Positions 8,791-17,720 of a stretch of 33,705 bases of DNA are shown here, piece by piece; positions within the stretch are counted from its first letter, which is position 1, and the number at the start of each line of letters is the position of its first letter. The notes under the pieces are model-generated. The model was given only the letters and a program-made list of their open reading frames with translations. It was not told the DNA's origin and ran no database searches. Location: IMG/VR virus record IMGVR_UViG_3300032305_000087, positions 1 to 33,705 of that record. One strand, 5' to 3'. A program made the position numbers and the translations under genes. The stretch is from a virus. Lineage: Duplodnaviria; Caudoviricetes.

Positions 8791-10422
8791 ATGAGTTTTT
8801 TACCCCTAAAAATTACTGGTCAGTGTGTCTCAGATGACGATACACTTTTTGGACACATGGATGCCGCGATTGCACGGGGCTATCCACAAGTCACACAAGC
8901 GCTAGACCCTAAAGAGGGCAAGATCGTTTTGGTGGCAAGTGCGCCAAGTGTCAGGGGGCAGATAGAGCTTATTAAAAAGATGAAGGCAGACGGGTTGCCC
9001 ATTGTCGCAATCAAAGGGGCGCACGATTGGCTGATTGATAACGGCGTGATTCCTGATTACGCTTTAGCCATCGACCCGCAAGAACACCGGATAGCGTTTT
9101 ACAAGCCAAATTGGGCTGTTCACTATATGATTGCCAGCCAGTGCCACCAAGCGCTGTTTGACAATCTGGTCGGCCACAAAGTCACGCTTTGGCATCCGTA
9201 CATCAAAAAAGGCCAAGACCGGCCAAAAAACTGCATGCTCATTGGCGGCGGCACAAGATCCGGTCTGAGGGCAATTTCCCTGTTTTATGTGCTTGGCTGG
9301 CGCAACTTTGAGTTGTTTGGCTTTGATTCGTGCAATGACGGCGCTGAACTACGGGTCAACGGCGATGGCCTCAAAGACGGCGACAAGCTGATTGAAGTCA
9401 GGATTGAGCCACAGGGTGAGCCGTTTTACTGCAATGCGGCGATGGCGCTGCAAGCTGAACACTTCCAGACCTACTACGACTATTTGCCAGATGCCACCTT
9501 TACAGGGCATGGGCATGGGCTGATTCAGGCCATCATCAAGAAGCGCAGCCAGAATGTCTTTGAGCTGGCGGGGCTGATTGACAAACGCAAAGAGCTAAAC
9601 ACACGCACATCGTTCATTCATTGGGGCGACAACAAATCGGCAAGCTGGCGCTATCGGGCAAAGATACCGGCAGGGGATTGGGCAAGCCTGAACGACCTGA
9701 CGGCCGACACGCTGGTGTTTGCCAAGCCCCAAGCGCAAGAGCTGATGGACATGGCACGAGCCAAGGCACGGGGCGCATGGATTGTGGTGGACTTTTGCGA
9801 TGACCACTTTGATTGGATGCACTACCAAGAGGCGCTGCGCCTTGCCGATGTGGTCACTTGCCCTACTGATGAGATGGCAAGGCGCATAAAGGTGCTAGGG
9901 CGTGATGCCGTGGTCATTCCTGACCCGTTTGAGTACCCGTTGAAGAAGCCTCATTGCAAGGGTGTTAACCTGTTGTGGTATGGTCACCAAGTTAACAGAG
10001 CAAGCCTAGAGCGCATTTTGCCTGAGATAAAGGGTTATCACCTACGGGTGGTGTCCAACTTTGCAGGGTCAATTCCGTGGTCAAAAAAGACCATGCTCAA
10101 AGAGTTTGCACAAGCTGACATTGTGGTGCTACCGGCTACAGAGACTTACAAGAGCGCCAACAGAGCAATTGAGGCGATCCGACAGGGTTGTTTTGTGGTG
10201 GCAGAGCCTCACCCTGCGCTAGAGGGTTTCCCGATCTACATTGGCAACATCAAGGACGGCATTGAATGGACTTTAAAGAACAAAGCAAACCGGCTCATAT
10301 CGAAGGCGCAGTCTTTCGTGACGGAAAAATTCTCGCCGCAAACACTAAGCGCCAAGTGGAAGATAGCTACGAAACGGCCTACAACCTTGGATGCGGAACA
10401 AAGAAATGGGACGGATGGATAA
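8791..10422 (+). CDS. Maf/DUF115 (MAF_flag10, MptE-like) domain fused to a C-terminal GT-B glycosyltransferase domain
   Basis: N-terminal half: LVASAPSV, AIKGAHDWL, PDYALAIDP, ASQCH, GGGTRSG, LGWRNFELFGFDSC. C-terminal half: SWRYRA, VVDFCDDHF, LLWYGH, ADIVVLP, KSANRAIEAIRQG. Confidence 0.75.
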   Translation: MSFLPLKITGQCVSDDDTLFGHMDAAIARGYPQVTQALDPKEGKIVLVASAPSVRGQIELIKKMKADGLPIVAIKGAHDWLIDNGVIPDYALAIDPQEHRIAFYKPNWAVHYMIASQCHQALFDNLVGHKVTLWHPYIKKGQDRPKNCMLIGGGTRSGLRAISLFYVLGWRNFELFGFDSCNDGAELRVNGDGLKDGDKLIEVRIEPQGEPFYCNAAMALQAEHFQTYYDYLPDATFTGHGHGLIQAIIKKRSQNVFELAGLIDKRKELNTRTSFIHWGDNKSASWRYRAKIPAGDWASLNDLTADTLVFAKPQAQELMDMARAKARGAWIVVDFCDDHFDWMHYQEALRLADVVTCPTDEMARRIKVLGRDAVVIPDPFEYPLKKPHCKGVNLLWYGHQVNRASLERILPEIKGYHLRVVSNFAGSIPWSKKTMLKEFAQADIVVLPATETYKSANRAIEAIRQGCFVVAEPHPALEGFPIYIGNIKDGIEWTLKNKANRLISKAQSFVTEKFSPQTLSAKWKIATKRPTTLDAEQRNGTDG

Positions 10423-10868
10423 ATGTCGATCTCTATTCGGATGTCTCAGACATTAAATGCGATCTGCGAAAGCTGGAAATTGCGTCTGATTCGGCTGATG
10501 CCGTGGCTGCGATTCATGTTTTAGAGCATTTTTACGAGTGGGAAGTCGCTGATCTGCTGACTGAGTGGAAACGGGTGCTGAAGCCTGGCGGCAAAATGAT
10601 CCTAGAGCTGCCCTGCATGGACAAGGTGTTTGCCTACGTCCACAACTGTGTGGTGAACAAAGAGCCTTTGCAGCCATTTATGACCCTGAATGCGCTGTAC
10701 GGCGACCCGAAATATAAGAACGAAGCGATGTGCCACCATTGGGGCTGGTTTCAAGTTCCACTGAGCCAGATGCTGCAATCTGTGGGCATGGAGCGCATAG
10801 AATTTTTTGAGCCTCGCTACCATTTCCCATTCCGAGACATGAGGGTCGAATGCTACAAGGAGTCTTGA
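10356..10868 (+). CDS. Class I SAM-dependent methyltransferase (Methyltransf_11-like)
   Basis: NLGCG motif I, WINVD, HVLEHF, EWKRVLKPGG; GTG at 10356 preferred over ATG at 10266 to limit overlap. Confidence 0.85.
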   Translation: MEDSYETAYNLGCGTKKWDGWINVDLYSDVSDIKCDLRKLEIASDSADAVAAIHVLEHFYEWEVADLLTEWKRVLKPGGKMILELPCMDKVFAYVHNCVVNKEPLQPFMTLNALYGDPKYKNEAMCHHWGWFQVPLSQMLQSVGMERIEFFEPRYHFPFRDMRVECYKES

Positions 10869-11584
10869 GCAACGCAGAGCGTCATGCCCAAATGTCGCAG
10901 GCGCATGGGCAAATGCTCAAGAAAAAGACCAAATTTAACGATAAATGGGCATCAATTGTTTGCTACGGGCCAAGCCTAGCTGACACATGGCAGCAGATCA
11001 GGCGACCAATCGTTACAGTGTCAGGGGCGCATGACTACCTAGTCGAGCGCGGCATCGTCCCAGATTTCCATGTTGACTGCGATCCCAGAGAGCACAAGGC
11101 CAGAATGCTTAAAAGGCCACAGAAGGCCACAACGTACCTGATGGCTACTGTGTGCCATCCAAGCTGGTGGGAAGCCCTAAAGGGCTATAACGTGCGTCTG
11201 TGGCACTTGATTAACGGCAACGACCTAGACACAGTGGCATGGGTAGCGGCAAACCATCCAGAAGGCTTGAACAGCATGATTTCGGGTGGCTCGACTGTGG
11301 GCATGAGGGCAATGGAAGTGATGGCGGCGCTTGGGTATCGGCGGTTTAAGTTTCACGGCATGGATTGCAGTTACTTAACAGACCGGCATGCAGGGCCACA
11401 TTTGGGCAAAAATCAAGATAAAATATTTGTTAAGGCTGGGGACAGAGTGTTCCAGACCACACGACAAATGCTTGAGGCGGCAATCGAGATGGAGCAATTC
11501 ATCAAGACTCAGGATGCAGAGGTTGCATTTTTTGGCGATGGTTTAATGCAAGAAACCGCGCTACAACTAAAGGAAATGGCATGA
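10850..11584 (+). CDS. Second Maf/DUF115 (MAF_flag10, MptE-like) domain protein
   Basis: VCYGPSL, SGAHDYL, PDFHVDCDP, ATVCHP, GGSTVG, LGYRRFKFHGMDCS; motifs collinear with the N-terminal half of 8791..10422. Confidence 0.75.
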   Translation: MLQGVLSNAERHAQMSQAHGQMLKKKTKFNDKWASIVCYGPSLADTWQQIRRPIVTVSGAHDYLVERGIVPDFHVDCDPREHKARMLKRPQKATTYLMATVCHPSWWEALKGYNVRLWHLINGNDLDTVAWVAANHPEGLNSMISGGSTVGMRAMEVMAALGYRRFKFHGMDCSYLTDRHAGPHLGKNQDKIFVKAGDRVFQTTRQMLEAAIEMEQFIKTQDAEVAFFGDGLMQETALQLKEMA

Positions 11585-12168
11585 AAAACGAAGTGGCTGG
11601 ATGGACAGACGAATCATTTATGGAGAGCAATCGCGGCAAGATGGCGGTGTTTTTCCATGCGGTTCAGGTGCAAAACAACTTTAGAACGGCTGAAGAAAAG
11701 CGTCCGATCTTTCAAGAGCGTATTTTCTTGAAAAAGCTAGTGCCAGGCGACAACACCCTGACCATTGACCGGCCAATGCGTGAGCAAGATATTGAGGACT
11801 ACCCTGTCGAGTGGGCAAGGTTTGAGCAAAAGAAGGAAGAAACAGTGCCAGGCACTCCAATCGAGGTGTGGAGCGCAGTTTCTGAGACTCAAAAGGCTGA
11901 ATTTAAGGCGCTAAACATCTTCACGATTGACCAGTTTGCCCAGCTTTCAGACATCGTTGGCAACAAAATCATGGGCTTTAACGATCTGCGAGACAAGGCA
12001 CGGGCGTTTATTGCGGCTGCTGAAGACTCGCAAATGTTTGACAAAATTCGTGCTGAGACTGATGAAAAATTGAAGGCTCAGGATGCTGAAATGGCTGAAC
12101 TCCGTGCGATGATTGCAGAGTTGACGGCCAAAAAAGCTGGTCGCCCTAAAAAAGAACTGGTGGAGTAA
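11581..12168 (+). CDS. Hypothetical phage protein
   Basis: ATGA-coupled; possible helix-hairpin-helix-like segment FKALNIFTIDQFAQLSD, coiled coil, basic tail KKAGRPKK. Confidence 0.75.
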   Translation: MKNEVAGWTDESFMESNRGKMAVFFHAVQVQNNFRTAEEKRPIFQERIFLKKLVPGDNTLTIDRPMREQDIEDYPVEWARFEQKKEETVPGTPIEVWSAVSETQKAEFKALNIFTIDQFAQLSDIVGNKIMGFNDLRDKARAFIAAAEDSQMFDKIRAETDEKLKAQDAEMAELRAMIAELTAKKAGRPKKELVE

Positions 12169-13083
12169 ATGGCCTATACGCTGCTGCAATTAGTCGATCA
12201 AGTTTCCGGTGAATTGGGACTGTCTCAGCCAGCGGCGGTAATTGGCAATTCCAACAACCAGACAGCGCAGCTCCTTGCCTTGGCCCAGCGCCTTGGCAAA
12301 GACTTGGTGCGCGATTATGAGTGGCAGCGGCTGGTCAAGGCTTACATTTTCCAGACCACGGCAGGCACGACTGTCACGGGCGACATAACGGCCAATTCCA
12401 GCGTTATCAGCAACATCACCACATCGGGCTTAGAAGTGGGCAATGTGGTCACCGGCACGGGCGTAGCGGCCTATTCTGAGATTCTGACAATTAACTCTGG
12501 ATCACAGCTTACGCTGAACATGCCGGTCACCACTTCCACGGCGGCAGTCTCGCTGACATTTGCAAAGCAAGATTACCCAATGCCAGGCGGCTTTGACCGG
12601 ATGATCTCTGACACGAATTGGGACAGAACAAACCACTGGCGCAACCTTGGCACAAAGACCAGCCAAGAATGGCAGTGGCTGCAAGGCGGCATCATCTCGG
12701 TTGGCCCACGGGAGCGTTACCGGATTTACAACGACAAGCTGCGTATATTCCAAGCCCTGACCAGCGTTTACAACCTTGCTTTTGAGTATGTTGGCAGCTA
12801 TTGGGTTGTCGCTGCTGGCGGCACTGAAGGTACAAAACCAGCTTACACAGCCGATTCAGACACTTGCGTCTTTGCTGATGACTTGATGCTGGCCGGTCTA
12901 AAATACTATTTTCTCAAGGCCAAGAAACTTGACTATGCGATTGAGCTGGGCGAGTTTATGAGGACACTAAGCTACACCAAGGCGCAAGATGTGCCGGTGG
13001 CTGCACAGTCGCTAGCGCCAGCAGGCATGAACGCACTGGTTGGGCCTTGGAGCATTCAAGATGGCAACTGGCCTACCGCATAA
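12169..13083 (+). CDS. Head-tail adaptor (tail tubular protein A / P22 gp4-like) with an inserted beta domain
   Basis: TLLQLVDQVSGELGL N-terminus typical of adaptors; lies before the nozzle gene; GGAG RBS. Confidence 0.7.
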   Translation: MAYTLLQLVDQVSGELGLSQPAAVIGNSNNQTAQLLALAQRLGKDLVRDYEWQRLVKAYIFQTTAGTTVTGDITANSSVISNITTSGLEVGNVVTGTGVAAYSEILTINSGSQLTLNMPVTTSTAAVSLTFAKQDYPMPGGFDRMISDTNWDRTNHWRNLGTKTSQEWQWLQGGIISVGPRERYRIYNDKLRIFQALTSVYNLAFEYVGSYWVVAAGGTEGTKPAYTADSDTCVFADDLMLAGLKYYFLKAKKLDYAIELGEFMRTLSYTKAQDVPVAAQSLAPAGMNALVGPWSIQDGNWPTA

Positions 13084-14630
13084 TGCTTGCCTCATTTGCT
13101 AAAGCGCCTTCTACGCAGCGCAGCCAAACATCCTCAGTAGCTGCACCTATTGGCGGCTGGAACGCCAGAGACTCGCTAGGGGCAATGGAGCCTCTGGATG
13201 CGGTGACGCTGACAAACTTCTGGCCTGGCACAAACTCGGTCATTTTGCGAAACGGCTACACAAAGTTTGCCACTGGCATCACGGGGCAAGTCGAAACTCT
13301 GATGTCGTACAGCTCTGGCACGGCAAACAAACTATTCGCGGCTGCTGTTGACTCAATTTACAACATCACTGCTGGCGGCGCAATTGGCGCGGCTGATGTC
13401 TCAAGCCTGACAAACGCAAGATTTCAGTATACAAACATCACCACACCAGCGGCATCTTATTTGATGTGCGTGAACGGCGCAGACAAGCTCAGAACCTATG
13501 ACGGCTCGGCTTGGCACAAGGACGGGGATGGAGCGCCTTACGACATCACCAACATAGACACATCAACTGTTGCCAACATTACGTTGTTTAAAAACCGCAT
13601 TTGGCTAACAACTAACGACACGCTAAAAGCATGGTATTTGCCTGTTAACTCCATTGGTGGGGCGGCTGTTGCGTTAGACATGACCAGCATCTTCCAGATG
13701 GGCGGCTACATCATGGCTGGCATGACATGGACGCTGGACGCTGGCTATGGTGTGGATGACTACCTAGTGTTTATCACCAGCAACGGCGAGGCACTGGTTT
13801 GGCGATTAACTGACCCAACAACGCCAACAGGGATTTCGCAGATCGGCCTTTACAAGATCGGCGCACCAATTGGCAGGCGCTGCTACACCAAGTTTGGCGG
13901 CGACTTGCTTGTTATTACGCAAGATGGCGTAGTGCCAATGTCGGGGTCTTTGCAGTCATCTAGGCTTGACCCAAGGGTGTCAATCACCAACAAAATCCAA
14001 TACGCGATGAGTTCGGCAATTTCTACATACGGCGCAAACTTTGGGTGGCAACTGCTTTACTACCCTAAAGAAAACCAATTGCTGATGAATGTGCCGATTG
14101 CCGTAGGGCAGCAGCAGCAGTATGTGATGAACAACATCACTAAAAGCTGGTGCAATTTTACCGGCTGGAACGCCAATTGTTTTGAGCTGTACGAGGACAA
14201 CCCCTATTTTGGTGGGGATGGATATGTGGCGGCGGCTTGGAATGGCACTGTGGATGACACTTCCAACATCGAAGGCTTTGCCCTGCAAAGTTTCCAAAAT
14301 TACGGCACGGCGACACAAAAGCAGTGCAAGATGATTCGCTATCACCTGTTTTCTGACGGCAATCCGTCCATTTTTGGCAACGTCAATGTGGATTACAGCC
14401 TGGCTGACCAAAGCGCCCAGCTCACTTTTGCTGGCAATCAGATTGGTTTGTGGGACGTTAGCGTCTGGGATGCTGGCATTTGGGGCGGCGGTTTGCTTCC
14501 ATTTGCGGATTGGGAGGGGGCAACAGAAATTGGCTATACCTTTGCGCCACTGTTGAAAACTGCCACTCAGGGAATACAATTACAGTGGGTCGCAACCGAT
14601 CTAGTGTTTGAGGCCGGTGGTGTCCTTTGA
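13083..14630 (+). CDS. Tail nozzle / packaged DNA stabilization protein (P22 gp10-like)
   Basis: About 515 aa, beta-propeller-like, APIGGWNARD N-terminal motif; ATG at 13083 overlaps the upstream TAA. Confidence 0.75.
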   Translation: MLASFAKAPSTQRSQTSSVAAPIGGWNARDSLGAMEPLDAVTLTNFWPGTNSVILRNGYTKFATGITGQVETLMSYSSGTANKLFAAAVDSIYNITAGGAIGAADVSSLTNARFQYTNITTPAASYLMCVNGADKLRTYDGSAWHKDGDGAPYDITNIDTSTVANITLFKNRIWLTTNDTLKAWYLPVNSIGGAAVALDMTSIFQMGGYIMAGMTWTLDAGYGVDDYLVFITSNGEALVWRLTDPTTPTGISQIGLYKIGAPIGRRCYTKFGGDLLVITQDGVVPMSGSLQSSRLDPRVSITNKIQYAMSSAISTYGANFGWQLLYYPKENQLLMNVPIAVGQQQQYVMNNITKSWCNFTGWNANCFELYEDNPYFGGDGYVAAAWNGTVDDTSNIEGFALQSFQNYGTATQKQCKMIRYHLFSDGNPSIFGNVNVDYSLADQSAQLTFAGNQIGLWDVSVWDAGIWGGGLLPFADWEGATEIGYTFAPLLKTATQGIQLQWVATDLVFEAGGVL

Positions 14631-15063
14631 AATAACATCCGATCATGCGGTTGGTCACTGGACTGCCAAGCAGCTCAATGGTGGATATTTTGAAGAACGC
14701 AGCCGTGCGATTGGGCTGGCAAGAGATGGTGAAATCATTGCTGGCGTGATTTACGAGAACTGGAACGGGCAATCAATTTTTTGCCACATTGCGATTGAGG
14801 GTCGGATCACTGCAAGCTACTTAGTTGCAATTTTTGATTACCCGTTCAATGTTTGCAATGTCAAAAAGATCATTGTCCCTGTAGACGCAACAAATGCAAA
14901 AAGCATAACTCTGGTCGAGAAGATGGGCTTCACAGAGGAGGCAAGGGTTAAAGATGGCATGGCTGATGGGGACTTGATCTTGTTCACATTGGCAAAAAGT
15001 GATTGCAAATATTTAGGGGAAAGATATGGGGAAAAAAGCACCAGCACCGCCACCAGCGCCTGA
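14620..15063 (+). CDS. GNAT-fold protein (P22 gp14 / DUF2824-like)
   Basis: IFDYPF...NAKSITLVEKMGFTEEAR GNAT C-terminal motif; between nozzle and ejection genes; GAGG RBS before GTG 14620. Confidence 0.75.
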   Translation: MSFEITSDHAVGHWTAKQLNGGYFEERSRAIGLARDGEIIAGVIYENWNGQSIFCHIAIEGRITASYLVAIFDYPFNVCNVKKIIVPVDATNAKSITLVEKMGFTEEARVKDGMADGDLILFTLAKSDCKYLGERYGEKSTSTATSA

Positions 15064-16099
15064 TTACAGGGGCGCTGCTGTTGAACAAGGGGCGGCTAAC
15101 CTTGAGTCAGCAAGAGCCACTGCAAGGCTTGCTAACCCCAACATGTACACGCCTTACGGGACTTCTCTTGTCTCTTATGACGGCGACACTCCTACAATAC
15201 GCCAAACCCTAACGCCACAAGCGCAGCAAACCCTTGAGGCTGAGCAAAGAGTACAGACAAGCCTTGCAAACCTTGGCGAAAAAGGCACAAAGATGGCGTC
15301 CACTGTGCTGGACAAGCCTTTTGCATTTGGTGGCCCAGCGGTACAAACAAGCCTAGACACAAGCAACATAGCCAGAGCGCCAATCAATGCGGGGACTACT
15401 GGCTTTGACGCAATCATGTCTCGCCTTGAGCCGTCAATGGCACGGGCTAGGACAAGCACGGAAACCAATTTAATAAACCAAGGCTTGCGGCCAGGCACTG
15501 AGGCTTACGACAACGCTATTCGGTCACTTGGTGAGCAAGAGACAGATGCACGGACTCAGGCCGCACGGACGGGCATTGATCTGGACACTGCTGCCAACAC
15601 AAACCAATTCAACCAGCTTTTGCAAGGCGGTCAATTTGCCAATACCGCGCAGGGGCAGGCTCTTGCACAAGCGATCCAAGGGCGGCAGATGCCTCTTAAT
15701 GAGATTACTGCGCTTATGTCTGGATCGCAAATCCAGAACCCGCAATTTTCAGCGTATCAGGGATCAAATGTTACCCCTGCGCCAATTGCTAACGCAACGG
15801 CGCAACAAGGTGCATACGATCAAAACGCATACAATCAACGAGTGGCGACACAAAACGCCAACACTGCTGGTTTGTATTCCCTTGGGTCTGCTGCCATTGG
15901 TCTTTCTGATCGCCGGTTAAAGTCAAACATCAAGCGCATTGGCACTCACAAACTTGGCATTGGCATTTACGAATACGACATCATGGGCAAACACGACATT
16001 GGCGTGATGGCGCAAGAAGTTCAGCAAGTGATGCCAGAGGCAATACACATTCATCCAAGCGGCTACATGATGGTCGATTACGGGAGGATCAATGCCTGA
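15026..16099 (+). CDS. Ejection/internal virion protein with C-terminal peptidase S74-like chaperone domain
   Basis: MGKKAPAPPPAPDY start, Q/A/N-rich helical body, C-terminal SDRRLKSNIKRIG...GVMAQEV...VDY. Confidence 0.75.
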   Translation: MGKKAPAPPPAPDYRGAAVEQGAANLESARATARLANPNMYTPYGTSLVSYDGDTPTIRQTLTPQAQQTLEAEQRVQTSLANLGEKGTKMASTVLDKPFAFGGPAVQTSLDTSNIARAPINAGTTGFDAIMSRLEPSMARARTSTETNLINQGLRPGTEAYDNAIRSLGEQETDARTQAARTGIDLDTAANTNQFNQLLQGGQFANTAQGQALAQAIQGRQMPLNEITALMSGSQIQNPQFSAYQGSNVTPAPIANATAQQGAYDQNAYNQRVATQNANTAGLYSLGSAAIGLSDRRLKSNIKRIGTHKLGIGIYEYDIMGKHDIGVMAQEVQQVMPEAIHIHPSGYMMVDYGRINA

Positions 16100-17720
16100 T
16101 ATCAATCTTTCACCATACACAGCGGAGTCGGCAGCGATTGCGCGGAAAATGCGTTTGGCAGAGGCTTTGCAGCAACAAGCATTAAGCCCATTAGAAATGC
16201 CAACAATGGCTGGCGTACCAATTAGCCCTTACGCTGGTTTGGCAAAAATGCTGCAAGCCTATTCAGCATCAAGAACGCGCAGCAAAGCAGAGGAGCGCGA
16301 AAAGACTTTAGCGGATACAGCTAGGGCTGACACTTCTGCTGATTTTGGCGCATTGCTAAAAGGACTGACCCCAACAGCGGCAGTGCCTGAAGGCGCACCA
16401 ACATACATGCCAAATGTGGATCAACGTGATGTTGCTGAAAACTCTCGCATGGTGATGCAGCCAGAGCGCAATGAGATGGGTGAAATCATTGCTGCCGGTC
16501 AGCCTGGCGCTGGTAACTTTGGGGTCACGCCTGGCACACCGGCTATCCCTGCCTCGGCGGGAAGGCTTACAGCAGAAGGCTTTGGGGCAATGAAGACCCC
16601 TGCGGGGCAGCAGCAGTACATGGCGCAGCTCTTGGCGCAAATGAAGCCTAAAGAGCCGATCAAGTTGGGCAAAGACGATGTTTTGTTTGACCCTGTAACC
16701 TTAAAGCCAATTTATCAGCCGCCAGCAAGACCTAATTTTGCAAGCATTAACCCAAGTCAGTACACGCCTGAAAGCGTCAAAGCATTCATGGCAGGCGGCG
16801 GCACAGATTTTAGTGTTCTACGTTCACAGCCAAATTTAAATTTCCAAAACACTGGTACAACAATTCAAGCGTTTAATCCAATAACGGGCGTAGCGGTTGG
16901 CGCTGGTGCGCCAATAAATGTCAGCCCTAACACGGCGGCTTCTCTTGCACAGGCTCGACTATTGTCAGATCGTGAGTTTAATGGTTTATCAGCCAATCAA
17001 AGAGCGCAATTACAAAACGAGGCTGCACGGCTCAACATAAGCGCCCAGCAATTATTTTTTGATACCGGTTTACAAGCTATCGGTGGGGCGCGTTTGTCAC
17101 CACCAGCGCCGCCAGCGCCTAATGCGCCGCCGGTTGTCGCGCCGGTTGTCCCTGCAACCATGCCAGCGCCTGTTGCTCCTGTTGCGCCCGTTGCAGCGCG
17201 TCCAACGGCTGCTGCGCCGATGGCTACTGCTCCTAGTGCGGTAAGTGGTTTAACTCCTAAAGCGCAACAAGCATTGAAATTGGAAGATGCTCAAGCAAAA
17301 GCCAAAAAAGAGCGCGGCATGTCGGGCATTGGCAGCGTAATTGATGAAGCCCGACAAATTATGAAGGGCGAAGCGGTTGACAAAGATGGGAAACCAATTA
17401 AAGCCCCGTTGCCAACACAAAGTTATGCGGGTGCGGCTGGAGACTTTATTTCAGGAGTTTTTGGGGGATCACCACAAGGGTCGGCGCAAGCTGACCAACT
17501 TAAAGTTTTGGGTGGTGCTTTACTTTCGTCAATGCCAAGAATGGAAGGCCCACAAGGTGAAAAAGATGTGGAGTTATATCGTGAAATGGCGGGTCAAGTT
17601 GGCGACAACACATTGCCAATTGCTCGGCGTTTAAAAGCCTTGGACATGGTTGAAAAACTGTACAGAAAATACGATACATCTGATGTGCCGCCACCTAATG
17701 CTGTGCGGAGGATTAGATAA
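16092..17720 (+). CDS. Ejection (DNA transfer) protein
   Basis: A/Q/P-rich 542 aa in the second ejection-gene position; Pro/Ala linker near 17100-17240. Confidence 0.6.
   Translation: MPDINLSPYTAESAAIARKMRLAEALQQQALSPLEMPTMAGVPISPYAGLAKMLQAYSASRTRSKAEEREKTLADTARADTSADFGALLKGLTPTAAVPEGAPTYMPNVDQRDVAENSRMVMQPERNEMGEIIAAGQPGAGNFGVTPGTPAIPASAGRLTAEGFGAMKTPAGQQQYMAQLLAQMKPKEPIKLGKDDVLFDPVTLKPIYQPPARPNFASINPSQYTPESVKAFMAGGGTDFSVLRSQPNLNFQNTGTTIQAFNPITGVAVGAGAPINVSPNTAASLAQARLLSDREFNGLSANQRAQLQNEAARLNISAQQLFFDTGLQAIGGARLSPPAPPAPNAPPVVAPVVPATMPAPVAPVAPVAARPTAAAPMATAPSAVSGLTPKAQQALKLEDAQAKAKKERGMSGIGSVIDEARQIMKGEAVDKDGKPIKAPLPTQSYAGAAGDFISGVFGGSPQGSAQADQLKVLGGALLSSMPRMEGPQGEKDVELYREMAGQVGDNTLPIARRLKALDMVEKLYRKYDTSDVPPPNAVRRIR

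Noticed and set aside
10266-10355. Longer N-terminus for the methyltransferase
   Set aside because: It would overlap the upstream gene by 157 nt, and motif I begins shortly after GTG 10356
8791-11584. Reading the DUF115 domains as MptE pterin diphosphokinases (folate/methanopterin auxiliary genes)
   Set aside because: The family name is shared, but fusion to a GT-B domain, the adjacent methyltransferase and the structural context fit Maf-like transferases better; no other pterin genes are present
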